Below are positions 18,077-26,156 of a stretch of 32,512 bases of DNA, piece after piece. Origin of the DNA: Candidatus Micrarchaeia archaeon (GTDB lineage Archaea > Micrarchaeota > Micrarchaeia > Anstonellales > J096). Numbering within the stretch: the first letter of the stretch is position 1; each line of letters begins with the position of its first letter. The DNA lies in contig JBGQMY010000011.1 of NCBI GenBank assembly GCA_041500865.1, positions 1 through 32,512 of the forward strand, read 5' to 3'. Both the position numbers and the translations under genes were made by a program. The notes under the pieces are model-generated. The model was not told the origin of the DNA, did not search any database, and was given only the letters and a program-made list of their open reading frames with translations.

Positions 18077-18510
18077 TTGGAACCACCGGACGCAAGCTCC
18101 TTCACGAGCGAGATGCCCTTGTCAAGCTCGGACTTCAGGAAGGCGGGCATGTCATCCTGCTTCTTGGAGACCATTAAGTCTAATTCTCCGAAGGCGTTGT
18201 GCGCAATCGCGTTGCGTATGGACTTGAACTTGTCTATCCTGTCCTTCTGCGAAATGGTTATCACGCCGCTTTTGTTCGCTATGCCTGCAAAGGAGGCATT
18301 GGCGCGGGTGTTTGACATAATGGAAACCAGTTCTTGGGCGTCCTTGGACGGGAAGCGGGCCCTAAGCCGGTACTCCAGAACCTTGTCCAGGATGGAGTCA
18401 AGCTTGACAAAGGCCTCCCTAGTGTAGCCGGCGGAGAACGGCTTAAGCACCTCTTCCTGGATGTCAAAGGCCATAATGTGCTTTTCCTTGTCGATGATTA
18501 TGGACGGCAT
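18073..18510 (-). CDS. Hypothetical all-helical protein with HEPN-like RxxxxH motif
   Basis: 145 aa; GYTREAFVKLDSILDKVL near the N-terminus and IRNAIAHN near the C-terminus; ATGA overlap with amrB. Confidence 0.6.
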   Translation of the reverse strand: MPSIIIDKEKHIMAFDIQEEVLKPFSAGYTREAFVKLDSILDKVLEYRLRARFPSKDAQELVSIMSNTRANASFAGIANKSGVITISQKDRIDKFKSIRNAIAHNAFGELDLMVSKKQDDMPAFLKSELDKGISLVKELASGGSK

Positions 18511-18626
18511 GGGTGGATTTGGGGCGGAGCCTTAAAAAAGCATGCCCAAGCACATGTTTTAAAAAGGTTTTGAGGATATATAAACAAAAAAGCAATCTAA
18601 TTGCATGAAACAGAAGAGTGGAAATA

Positions 18627-19898
18627 ATGAAACTGATATCACTTGGAGCCGGCGAGGAGGTCGGCAGGAGCGCATTCATAATAAGCGAGGAAGGCAAGAA
18701 CGTACTTTTGGACTACGGCCTCAAGATTCACGACACAAAGAACAAGGAGAACACGTTCCCGGTGCCGTTCGCGAACTACGGGGTAAGGCCGGACATGGCA
18801 TTGATAACGCACAGCCATCTGGACCACATAGGCTATCTTCCCTCCCTTTTCAAAAGCGGGGAGATTCCATGGTACTGCACGCCGCCTGCGCTTGACATAG
18901 GCGAGGTCCTGTGGAACGACACCATGAAGCTGGCGAAGATACAGGACAGCAGGATACCGTTCACGATGGCGCAGGTGGACAAGGCGAAGCTGCACTGGCA
19001 CCCGATACTGTACAACCAGCACATACACAACAGCGGGGTGGAATTCTCGTTCCATGACGCGGGCCACATCCTCGGAAGCGCCTCAGTCAACCTAAAAATG
19101 GGCAAGAGGAGGATAGTGTACTCCGGGGACTACAAGGGAAGCGAGACGGCGCTGCACGAGCCTTTCAAGAATCCCGGGGAAGCGGATGTCGTCATAAGCG
19201 AAGGGACTTACTGGGAGCAGGACCACCCGCCAAGGAAAGAGGTGGAAAAGAGGCTCATGGACATCATTTACGAAACAAGGGACAACGGCGGGACCGTGCT
19301 GCTGCCTGCGTTCGCGATAGGCAGGACGCAGGAGATATTGACGACTATCAAGAAGTACGACAAGAACATACCCGTGTTCGTTGACGGCATGGGCAAGGAG
19401 ATAACCAAGATATACGACAAGTATCCCAACTATTTGAGGAACTTCAAGGAATTCTCCAAGGCGGTCGACATGTGCACCTTGGTGCAGGGCCAAAGGGACA
19501 GGAGAAAGGCGGCTGCGCCGGGCAACGTAGTGGTCTCCACTGCGGGAATGCTTGAAGGCGGCCCCGCTCTCAGCTACCTGAACGAGCTGCCCCCGAACTC
19601 AAAGATAGTGCTTTCCGGCTACCAGGTTGAGGGAAGCAACGGAAGGTACCTGCTTGACGACGGCAAGATAAAGGACCAGCACGGGACGGGGTTCCTGAGC
19701 GTGGACATAGACGTGGAATACGTTGACTTTTCCGCGCATGCTGGAAGGAGCGAGATAAAGAGGTTCATAAAGGGCACGAACGCGCAAAAAGTCGTAATAG
19801 TCCACTCGGATTACGCAAAGGAGCTCGCCTCCGAGCTGAGGGACGAGGAGGGCTTTGACTCAGTCTCCATAAAGACCGGGGAAGTCATGGAACTCTGA
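18627..19898 (+). CDS. MBL-fold beta-CASP ribonuclease (CPSF-like, no N-terminal KH domains)
   Basis: LGAGEEVGRS, LLDYG, THSHLDH, AGHILGS, YSGD, PAFAIGRTQE, FSAHA, VHS. Confidence 0.92.
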   Translation: MKLISLGAGEEVGRSAFIISEEGKNVLLDYGLKIHDTKNKENTFPVPFANYGVRPDMALITHSHLDHIGYLPSLFKSGEIPWYCTPPALDIGEVLWNDTMKLAKIQDSRIPFTMAQVDKAKLHWHPILYNQHIHNSGVEFSFHDAGHILGSASVNLKMGKRRIVYSGDYKGSETALHEPFKNPGEADVVISEGTYWEQDHPPRKEVEKRLMDIIYETRDNGGTVLLPAFAIGRTQEILTTIKKYDKNIPVFVDGMGKEITKIYDKYPNYLRNFKEFSKAVDMCTLVQGQRDRRKAAAPGNVVVSTAGMLEGGPALSYLNELPPNSKIVLSGYQVEGSNGRYLLDDGKIKDQHGTGFLSVDIDVEYVDFSAHAGRSEIKRFIKGTNAQKVVIVHSDYAKELASELRDEEGFDSVSIKTGEVMEL

Positions 19899-19903
19899 AT
19901 TCC

Positions 19904-20440
19904 ATGGTCAATCCCTGCCTGCTTTGCGACGCCAAATGCTGCAGGGACTATATGGTATGCGTGACGCCCTTTGACGTACTTAGGATAGCGAAGAACACCG
20001 GCTTGAAGCCTGAAAAGTTCTCGGCCCTTTATGCCAAAAACGTCTTCAAGTACGATTTGGACACCGCCATTGAGACAAAGGGCGGAAAGCAGTATCTGCT
20101 TTACCTTAAGTCGCCACCGTGCCCGTTCCTTGCGAAGAACGGCGACTGCACCATTTACGGCTTTTCTCCGCTCGTGTGCAGGGTCTACCCTTACACGGAG
20201 AAGGGGGGGCTGAAGAAGGGCCCGAAATGCGGATTTTTCAACAGGCTGCTTTTCAGGATGTCAAAGCCTGAAGCGGTCGGCCAGTACAACGACGAATATG
20301 CCCTTTACGTCAGGATAGCCGCACGGTGGAACCGCAGGAAGGGGACGAAGGAGGAAGCATTTAGGTTCATAATGGCTGAGGCGGCCAAGGAAACGGAGGC
20401 AAGGAAGTCTGCATTGGACGTATTCAAGGACAGAGACTAA
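19904..20440 (+). CDS. YkgJ/UPF0153 family Cys-cluster (Zn/Fe-chelating) protein
   Basis: CLLCDAKCC ... PCPFL ... CTIYGFSPLVCRVYPY. Confidence 0.85.
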   Translation: MVNPCLLCDAKCCRDYMVCVTPFDVLRIAKNTGLKPEKFSALYAKNVFKYDLDTAIETKGGKQYLLYLKSPPCPFLAKNGDCTIYGFSPLVCRVYPYTEKGGLKKGPKCGFFNRLLFRMSKPEAVGQYNDEYALYVRIAARWNRRKGTKEEAFRFIMAEAAKETEARKSALDVFKDRD

Positions 20441-20479
20441 CCCCTTTTTTAAACATTTCTTCTATTAACCTGTTCTTAG

Positions 20480-20551
20480 GGGCCCTTGGCTCAACGGTAG
20501 AGCGCCCCCATGGCATGGGGGAGGTTACGGGTTCGAATCCCGTAGGGTCCA
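20480..20551 (+). tRNA. tRNA-Ala(GGC)
   Basis: Acceptor GGGCCCT/AGGGTCC with G3:U70, anticodon arm CCCCC-ATGGCAT-GGGGG, T-loop GGTTCGAATCC; no intron, CCA not encoded; TTTTTTAAA upstream. Confidence 0.96.
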
Positions 20552-20567
20552 AAGTCCTTTCTTTCCT

Positions 20568-20611
20568 AAGGGAACCAAGGTCCCCTTGAAGCCTTTTGGG
20601 AAAAGGCTTCA
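20568..20611. repeat. Two adjacent inverted repeats downstream of tRNA-Ala
   Basis: AAGGGAACC-AA-GGTCCCCTT (20568-20587, one mismatch) and perfect TGAAGCCTTTT-GGG-AAAAGGCTTCA (20587-20611). Confidence 0.6.
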
Positions 20612-20713
20612 GCGAAAAACGACAAAGCTCAACCTTCCTTTTGTTTGGCACTTGGGTTCAAAAGAAGGCATTTTGGAAAAAGCCCTTGGGGAAAAAGAAA
20701 CTATTAGCGCCTA

Positions 20714-21034
20714 TTACTGCCCTTTTCCGGCAGCCTTCTTTATCTCAAATAAAATATCGGCATGCATCTTCAGCCAGAATTCCAGCCTTTTCCTGAGCCT
20801 GGGCGCTTCTTCTTCCTCTGCGCTTATCATCCTTATCTTCGAATCCAGGAGCCTTATCCGCTTTGTGGCAGAGACAAGCTCGTCCTGGAGGCTGCTCAGC
20901 ACAACATACCTGTCAAGATAGCGTTTTGATGCGATGGAGGGCTTTATGCGGGCGCCGAACACCGAGCTTATCAGCCTGCGCTTCCTCTGCTTGTTCTGTT
21001 TCTTTACCCTTTGGGCAAACAGATACACGGCCAT
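20714..21034 (-). CDS. Small basic hypothetical protein (possible coiled coil)
   Basis: 106-aa K/R-rich ORF between the two tRNAs, with a TTTTTAAA about 25-30 bp upstream on the minus strand. Confidence 0.5.
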   Translation of the reverse strand: MAVYLFAQRVKKQNKQRKRRLISSVFGARIKPSIASKRYLDRYVVLSSLQDELVSATKRIRLLDSKIRMISAEEEEAPRLRKRLEFWLKMHADILFEIKKAAGKGQ

Positions 21035-21180
21035 CTAAAAATGTACTGTGGCATGGACGGTTTAAAAAACTTGGGCAGGGAATCCCGCGCCTTTTAAGGG
21101 CGGGCATGCCGCAAAACCTGTTGCGACGAAAGGCGGGGCAACGCTTTTAAAATGTTGAATGGGAAATAAGAGCCTGCAAG

Positions 21181-21251
21181 GCGGTTGTAGTCTAGTGGTA
21201 GGATACGAGCTTCCCAAGCTTGTGACCCGGGTTCAAATCCCGGCAGCCGCA
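21181..21251 (+). tRNA. tRNA-Gly(CCC)
   Basis: Acceptor GCGGTTG/CAGCCGC, anticodon arm CGAGC-TTCCCAA-GCTTG, T-loop GGTTCAAATCC; TTTTAAAA upstream; no intron, CCA not encoded. Confidence 0.96.
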
Positions 21252-21307
21252 CTGTGTGTATGCAAGGGGTTTGGGCCCGGAGGGTTCAAATCCCGGCAGC
21301 CGCACTG
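21229..21307 (+). repeat. 26-bp direct repeat of the tRNA-Gly 3' end (att-like)
   Basis: GGGTTCAAATCCCGGCAGCCGCACTG at 21229-21254 and 21282-21307, separated by 27 bp. Confidence 0.9.
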
Positions 21308-21394
21308 AACCAAGGGGGCTCGGCCCCCTCAGGTCCAAGCTCCTCCCGCTCCCCCAACGATTGGGTTTGAGAGCGAAGGAAGGCAGGTGTCAGG

Positions 21395-22993
21395 ATGGAA
21401 TCCAATAGCCAGCTGTATGGGGTGCTCAACAAGGCGTGGAAGAGCACATGCCGGATAGTGCTTGGGGACGAAATCGGGGAGCTGAAGGATTTCGAGCCGT
21501 GGCTAAGGGAGTACCTTGTTTTGCCGCGCAACGAACGCTCCGAGGTTTCGGGAAAGGACATACGCCTTACAAGGGATTCATATTGCAAGGGCGCGAAGTT
21601 TATGAGCTTCGACGAAGTGGACTTCAGCAAAAAGTTCGAGCCGCTCAGCATAAACAAGATAAAGGACATTGATTCCATAGTGGAGGCGCTGCAGGAGCGG
21701 TTCGTCTACACCGGAAACATCATACTCGGAAACTCGCACTTCGTGGAAGGCAGCAGCAATGTCGTTGACAGCCAGTTCGTCTATGACTCCAACATCGTTT
21801 CAGACTCGAAATACATAGGCATCTCAAGCGAGGCGAGATATTCAGAATGCTGCTTCGGCTGCTACGTCATTGTGGAATCCGCATACTCATTGAAAACCAG
21901 CGGCGGCAAGCAGACGCGCTGCTTCGAATGCCATTTCTGCCAAAGGTCAACGGACTCGTACTATTCCGTGCAGAGCCAGGGCTGCAGCAACTGCATGTTC
22001 ACGTTTGGAATGAGGAACGGGACATATTGCATAGGCAACCTGCAGGTTCCGCGCGACAAGTACCTTGAGCTCAAAAAGAAGATCATTGGCGAGGTTTCCG
22101 GAATATTGAAAAAAGAAAAGAGGGTTTTCTCTGTCTTGGACCTGGTTGGGGGCGCACAGAGGCGCAACCCGAAACCGTCCTTGAGGATTGCGCCTCCCCA
22201 GCAGGCAAGGTTCGACATTGGGCCCATAGAGGACGCATTTGAGTCCACATCCTCCATTGTCCTGGGAAAAAAGCTCTCGGGCGTGGATTCGTATGCGGCA
22301 TACCTCCAAAGGAACTCCCTGCCAAACGTATTCGTAAAATCCGCGCTTACAGGAAGGAAAATCGCAATCGGGGGGCATATAGCCCATCTTGTCGGGCTAT
22401 TTGGCATGGGGAACAGGACGATTGACGGAGAGGAGATTGTTGAGATAGGCAAGATGAAGATTGACGAAAAACGGCTCAATGACCTTAGGGCGGAACCGGA
22501 GGTTCTTACAGAGATTCTTGCGCCGATTGCATATGCCGGCCTGGACACTGTGGACGGCAACAACCAGAACATCGGCTCCTCCACGATAATGATAGACAGC
22601 TCCGACTGCTACAACGGCTCCTCCTTCATCAAGGACAAGAAATGCGCGTTTTGCCACTGGCCGCGCGAATCGGAATGCGTGTTCGGGTCATCAGCGCTGT
22701 TCAAGTCCTCATTCTGCATAAACTGTTTCCATTCCAAGAACATCACCAGGGCTTTCGAATTGGACAACTGCAACAACTGCTCCGACGCCTATTTCATGCA
22801 CAACTGCGAGAACGTCCATGATTCCATGTTTTGTTTTAATGTGAAGAACCTCAGGAATGCCATCGGCAATGCGGCGATGCCCCTGGACAAATACAAATCA
22901 GCCAAGAAATCCATATTGGAGCAGATTGTTTCGGAGATTGAGAAGAAGAAAACCCTGAAATGGGATATTTACAACATTGGGTGCGCGAAATGA
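21395..22993 (+). CDS. Cys/Ser-rich bipartite repeat protein, tandem paralog 1 of at least 7 (function unknown)
   Basis: 532 aa; starts LNKAWKSTC..LG.EIGEL; two internal repeat modules; ends HNCENVHDSMFCFNVKNLRNAIGN...LKWDIYNIGCAK; GCAGGTG SD-like sequence upstream. Confidence 0.9.
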   Translation: MESNSQLYGVLNKAWKSTCRIVLGDEIGELKDFEPWLREYLVLPRNERSEVSGKDIRLTRDSYCKGAKFMSFDEVDFSKKFEPLSINKIKDIDSIVEALQERFVYTGNIILGNSHFVEGSSNVVDSQFVYDSNIVSDSKYIGISSEARYSECCFGCYVIVESAYSLKTSGGKQTRCFECHFCQRSTDSYYSVQSQGCSNCMFTFGMRNGTYCIGNLQVPRDKYLELKKKIIGEVSGILKKEKRVFSVLDLVGGAQRRNPKPSLRIAPPQQARFDIGPIEDAFESTSSIVLGKKLSGVDSYAAYLQRNSLPNVFVKSALTGRKIAIGGHIAHLVGLFGMGNRTIDGEEIVEIGKMKIDEKRLNDLRAEPEVLTEILAPIAYAGLDTVDGNNQNIGSSTIMIDSSDCYNGSSFIKDKKCAFCHWPRESECVFGSSALFKSSFCINCFHSKNITRAFELDNCNNCSDAYFMHNCENVHDSMFCFNVKNLRNAIGNAAMPLDKYKSAKKSILEQIVSEIEKKKTLKWDIYNIGCAK

Positions 22994-24579
22994 CATCTGA
23001 AACATATGAGACGCTCAACAAGGCATGGAAGTCCACTTGCAAGGTGCTGCTCGGCGACGAAATAGGGGAGCTTGGCGATTTCAAGGGATACCTGAACCGC
23101 AACATCGAGCCAATCAGCCAAAGAAAGTCCGTTGTTTCCGGCAAGGAGATAACGATTTCCGACGAGGGATTCTGCAAGTCCGCAAGCTTCATCGGCAACG
23201 ACGAGATAGCGCAATTCGAAAAAAGCGTTCCAGGATCCAAGCTGGACATGAACGAGATAAAGGACATAGACTCCATAGCGGATGCCCTGTCCGAAAGGCT
23301 GGCCTATTCGGGAAGCGTGCTGCTGGGGGGATGCAGCTCCATTGAGAGCTCGCACCGTTGCACCGATTCGCATTTCATCATGGATTCGCACGAGATGATA
23401 GGATGCAAGTACGGCGCGTATTGCTCCCTGCTGCGCGACTGCGAATACGCGTTCGGCTGCAACTTCACCGGAGAGGGGAAATTCGGCATAAACTGCACGC
23501 AGTTCTTCCATTCAAGCCGTTGTTTCGAGGCGGTGCTCACCATGGTCAGCTCAGACTGCCATTACACCGCGAACATGGAGGCGTGCGCGAACTGCATGTT
23601 CTCGTTCAACCTGAAAGGCAAGTCCAACTGCATAGGCAACCTCGAGCTTCCCAAGGACAAGTTCAGCGGAATAAAGGCCGGCCTCCTGGCTCAGATAAGG
23701 GACGAACTGAAGGCAAAAAAGGGCGTGATGGGGGTTGCGGAGCTTCTTTCCTGGGGCAAGCCTGCGCCGAAGGCCCTGGCCAAAGGGTTGCAAACGGCGT
23801 TCAGGCCGGGCAAGCCGCCGCAGAAAGAGGTCGAGAAGGCGTTCTCCGACACCGCGGAGATACTGTTCGGCAAGAGGCTTTCCGGCCTTGCGGCATGCCA
23901 AGACTGGCTTTTCAGGCACGTAAGGACCCCGATTTCGCAAACTTCGGCAAGCAGCGGCAAGCTTATCCACGTGAACCCGGTCAGGGGATACACGGCATGG
24001 GCGGGCGCCGCCGTCTCCAGGGACGAGGCGGACGGGCTCGGGAAAAGCGGCATTTCGGCGGAAAATGCGGAAAAAATGTCGCTCTCCGGCGCAAAGGAGG
24101 CCCTGAAGGCCATAAGCTACTCGACTTCCGAGCTTGTCAGGGGGATGAACTCCTCGGTCGAGGAGTGCGTGAACTACTTCGATTCCTCGGACTGCTTCGG
24201 GGGCTGCGCAATCGTCGTGGACAAGAGAAGCGCCTACTCGTTCTACATCCGCGAATGCGAATACATGTTCGGGTGCGAGATGGCGTATTACTCCAAGTTT
24301 TGCATGAAATGCTACCATTCTGCAAGCCTGTCCCGCTGTTTCGAGGTCTTGGACTCCAAATCATCGTCGGACTGCTATTTCTGCCACAACGTGGAGAATG
24401 TCCACGACTCCATGTTCTGCTTCAATGCCAAGAACTTAAGGCACGCGATTGGAAACGTTCAGCTGGCTCCCGAGGCATACAGGCAGGCCAAGAAAGCCAT
24501 CATCGGCCAGATTGCATCAGAGATTGAAAGCAAAAAATCCCTGAAATGGGACATCTACAACATAGGGTGCGCCAAATGA
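22990..24579 (+). CDS. Cys/Ser-rich bipartite repeat protein, paralog 2
   Basis: True start MTSETYETLNKAW at the ATGA overlap (529 aa); same architecture as paralog 1. Confidence 0.9.
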   Translation: MTSETYETLNKAWKSTCKVLLGDEIGELGDFKGYLNRNIEPISQRKSVVSGKEITISDEGFCKSASFIGNDEIAQFEKSVPGSKLDMNEIKDIDSIADALSERLAYSGSVLLGGCSSIESSHRCTDSHFIMDSHEMIGCKYGAYCSLLRDCEYAFGCNFTGEGKFGINCTQFFHSSRCFEAVLTMVSSDCHYTANMEACANCMFSFNLKGKSNCIGNLELPKDKFSGIKAGLLAQIRDELKAKKGVMGVAELLSWGKPAPKALAKGLQTAFRPGKPPQKEVEKAFSDTAEILFGKRLSGLAACQDWLFRHVRTPISQTSASSGKLIHVNPVRGYTAWAGAAVSRDEADGLGKSGISAENAEKMSLSGAKEALKAISYSTSELVRGMNSSVEECVNYFDSSDCFGGCAIVVDKRSAYSFYIRECEYMFGCEMAYYSKFCMKCYHSASLSRCFEVLDSKSSSDCYFCHNVENVHDSMFCFNAKNLRHAIGNVQLAPEAYRQAKKAIIGQIASEIESKKSLKWDIYNIGCAK

Positions 24580-26156
24580 CTTCCCAAACGTATGAGACGT
24601 TGAATAAAGCGTGGAAATCCACGTGCCGGGTCCTGCTTGGCGACGAGCTTGGGGAGCTAAAGGACAACGAAGCATGGCTGTCTGAGTTTATCGAGCCTCG
24701 CGGAACAAGAAAATCTGCAATCTCAGGAAAAGATACTTATCCTTCAGTAGACGATTACTGCAACGGCGCGAAGTTCATAAGCTTCGACGAAATCGACTTT
24801 GGCAGGAAGTTTGAGCCTTTGAACATAAATGAGATAAAGGACATCGACAGCGCCCTTGGCGCGATAAAGGAAAGGATGTATTATGCAGGAAACATAATGC
24901 TCGGCAAGTCCAGGCTGGTCGAGGGCAGCTCAAACGTCACGGACAGCATCGGCATATACAGGTCGTATTTCGCAGACGGGTGCGAGTATGCCGCGCATTG
25001 CATAAACACAAAGGCTTCAAAATACATATTCGGAATCAATGGATCGGCATTTATGGACTACGCGATCCGCTCTATCATGAGCGGGCCAAGATGCCAGAGG
25101 ATTTTCGAGAGCTATTGGGTTTTGGACGCATCTGACATATACTATTCCTCCAACCTGGAAGGATGCAGCGACTGCCTGTTCTGCTTCAACCTGCGCGGCA
25201 GGAGGAACGCGATTGGCAACCTTCAGCTGCCGAAAGACAAGTACCTCCAGCTGAAAAAGAAGCTTGTTGCGGATATGCTTGAGCATGCCAAAAGCAGGAA
25301 AACTTCATTTATGGGCCTGCTGGCAGGATTGGGGAGGGAAAAAGTTGGCATAGACATAGAAAGAAAGGAAAAAGAGCCTTTTGATATTGCTCCTGTCCAG
25401 GAGGCGTTTGAGACGACATACAAGATAATGCTGGGCAGGAAGCCCGGAAACATTGACAGCTACGGCAAATGGTTGGAGAAGAGGCGCATCCCGGAAGTTG
25501 TGGAAATAACGGACACTGCGTCCAATGGGGGACCGATGCAGTTCGGCATGGTTCCAGGGACCGAGAAACTGCCGAGGCACAGGATCATATCCGAGTATGA
25601 GGCAGCGGCGCTTGCCGAGAACCCTATCGCATTGAACGAAAGGGAAGCCGAAGGACTTTCGCTTGACAACCCCGCCCCGCTGTCCAAGCTCGCGTTCTCA
25701 ATAGTGATGTCTTCGCTTGGCAAGAACCGGAACCTTGGAAAGGCGATAGGGAACATGAACGCTTCGGACTGCTATGCCGGCCTAGGATATGTTGAGACAA
25801 AGTACTGCGGATTCTGCTTCTGGCCAAGGGAATCGTCATACATATTCGGCTCGTGCATGGCGTTCAACAGCTCGTTCTGCATAAAGTCCTATTATTCCAA
25901 GAGGATAACGCGCGCATTTGAGGTTGACAGCTGCACAGACTGCGCTGACATCTATTATGCGCACAATTGCGAGAACGTGCATGATTCCATGTTCTGCTTC
26001 AACGTAAAAAACCTGAGGAATGCGATAGGCAACGGAGTTTTGCCTTTGGAAAAATACAAGGCAGTCAAGAAATCATTGGTTGGGCAGATTGCGAATGAGC
26101 TGGAGAAGAAGAAAGACCTAAAATGGGATATTTACAACATTGGGTGCGCGAAATGA
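24576..26156 (+). CDS. Cys/Ser-rich bipartite repeat protein, paralog 3
   Basis: Start MTSQTYETLNKAW at the ATGA overlap (526 aa). Confidence 0.9.
   Translation: MTSQTYETLNKAWKSTCRVLLGDELGELKDNEAWLSEFIEPRGTRKSAISGKDTYPSVDDYCNGAKFISFDEIDFGRKFEPLNINEIKDIDSALGAIKERMYYAGNIMLGKSRLVEGSSNVTDSIGIYRSYFADGCEYAAHCINTKASKYIFGINGSAFMDYAIRSIMSGPRCQRIFESYWVLDASDIYYSSNLEGCSDCLFCFNLRGRRNAIGNLQLPKDKYLQLKKKLVADMLEHAKSRKTSFMGLLAGLGREKVGIDIERKEKEPFDIAPVQEAFETTYKIMLGRKPGNIDSYGKWLEKRRIPEVVEITDTASNGGPMQFGMVPGTEKLPRHRIISEYEAAALAENPIALNEREAEGLSLDNPAPLSKLAFSIVMSSLGKNRNLGKAIGNMNASDCYAGLGYVETKYCGFCFWPRESSYIFGSCMAFNSSFCIKSYYSKRITRAFEVDSCTDCADIYYAHNCENVHDSMFCFNVKNLRNAIGNGVLPLEKYKAVKKSLVGQIANELEKKKDLKWDIYNIGCAK

Noticed and set aside
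20586..20921. Plus-strand ORFs after tRNA-Ala
   Set aside because: Built from palindromic low-complexity DNA and antisense to the more plausible 20714-21034 ORF.
21229..21340. Mini-CRISPR (26-bp repeat with 27-bp spacer)
   Set aside because: Only two copies, the repeat is the tRNA 3' end, and no cas genes are present.
23358..24527. 389-aa alternative-frame ORF inside paralog 2, and other long shadow ORFs over rpo, suf, metG and array genes
   Set aside because: Arg/Gly-rich, motif-free, fully overlapping well-supported genes, and not conserved in the other paralogs; explained by GC-rich codon bias.
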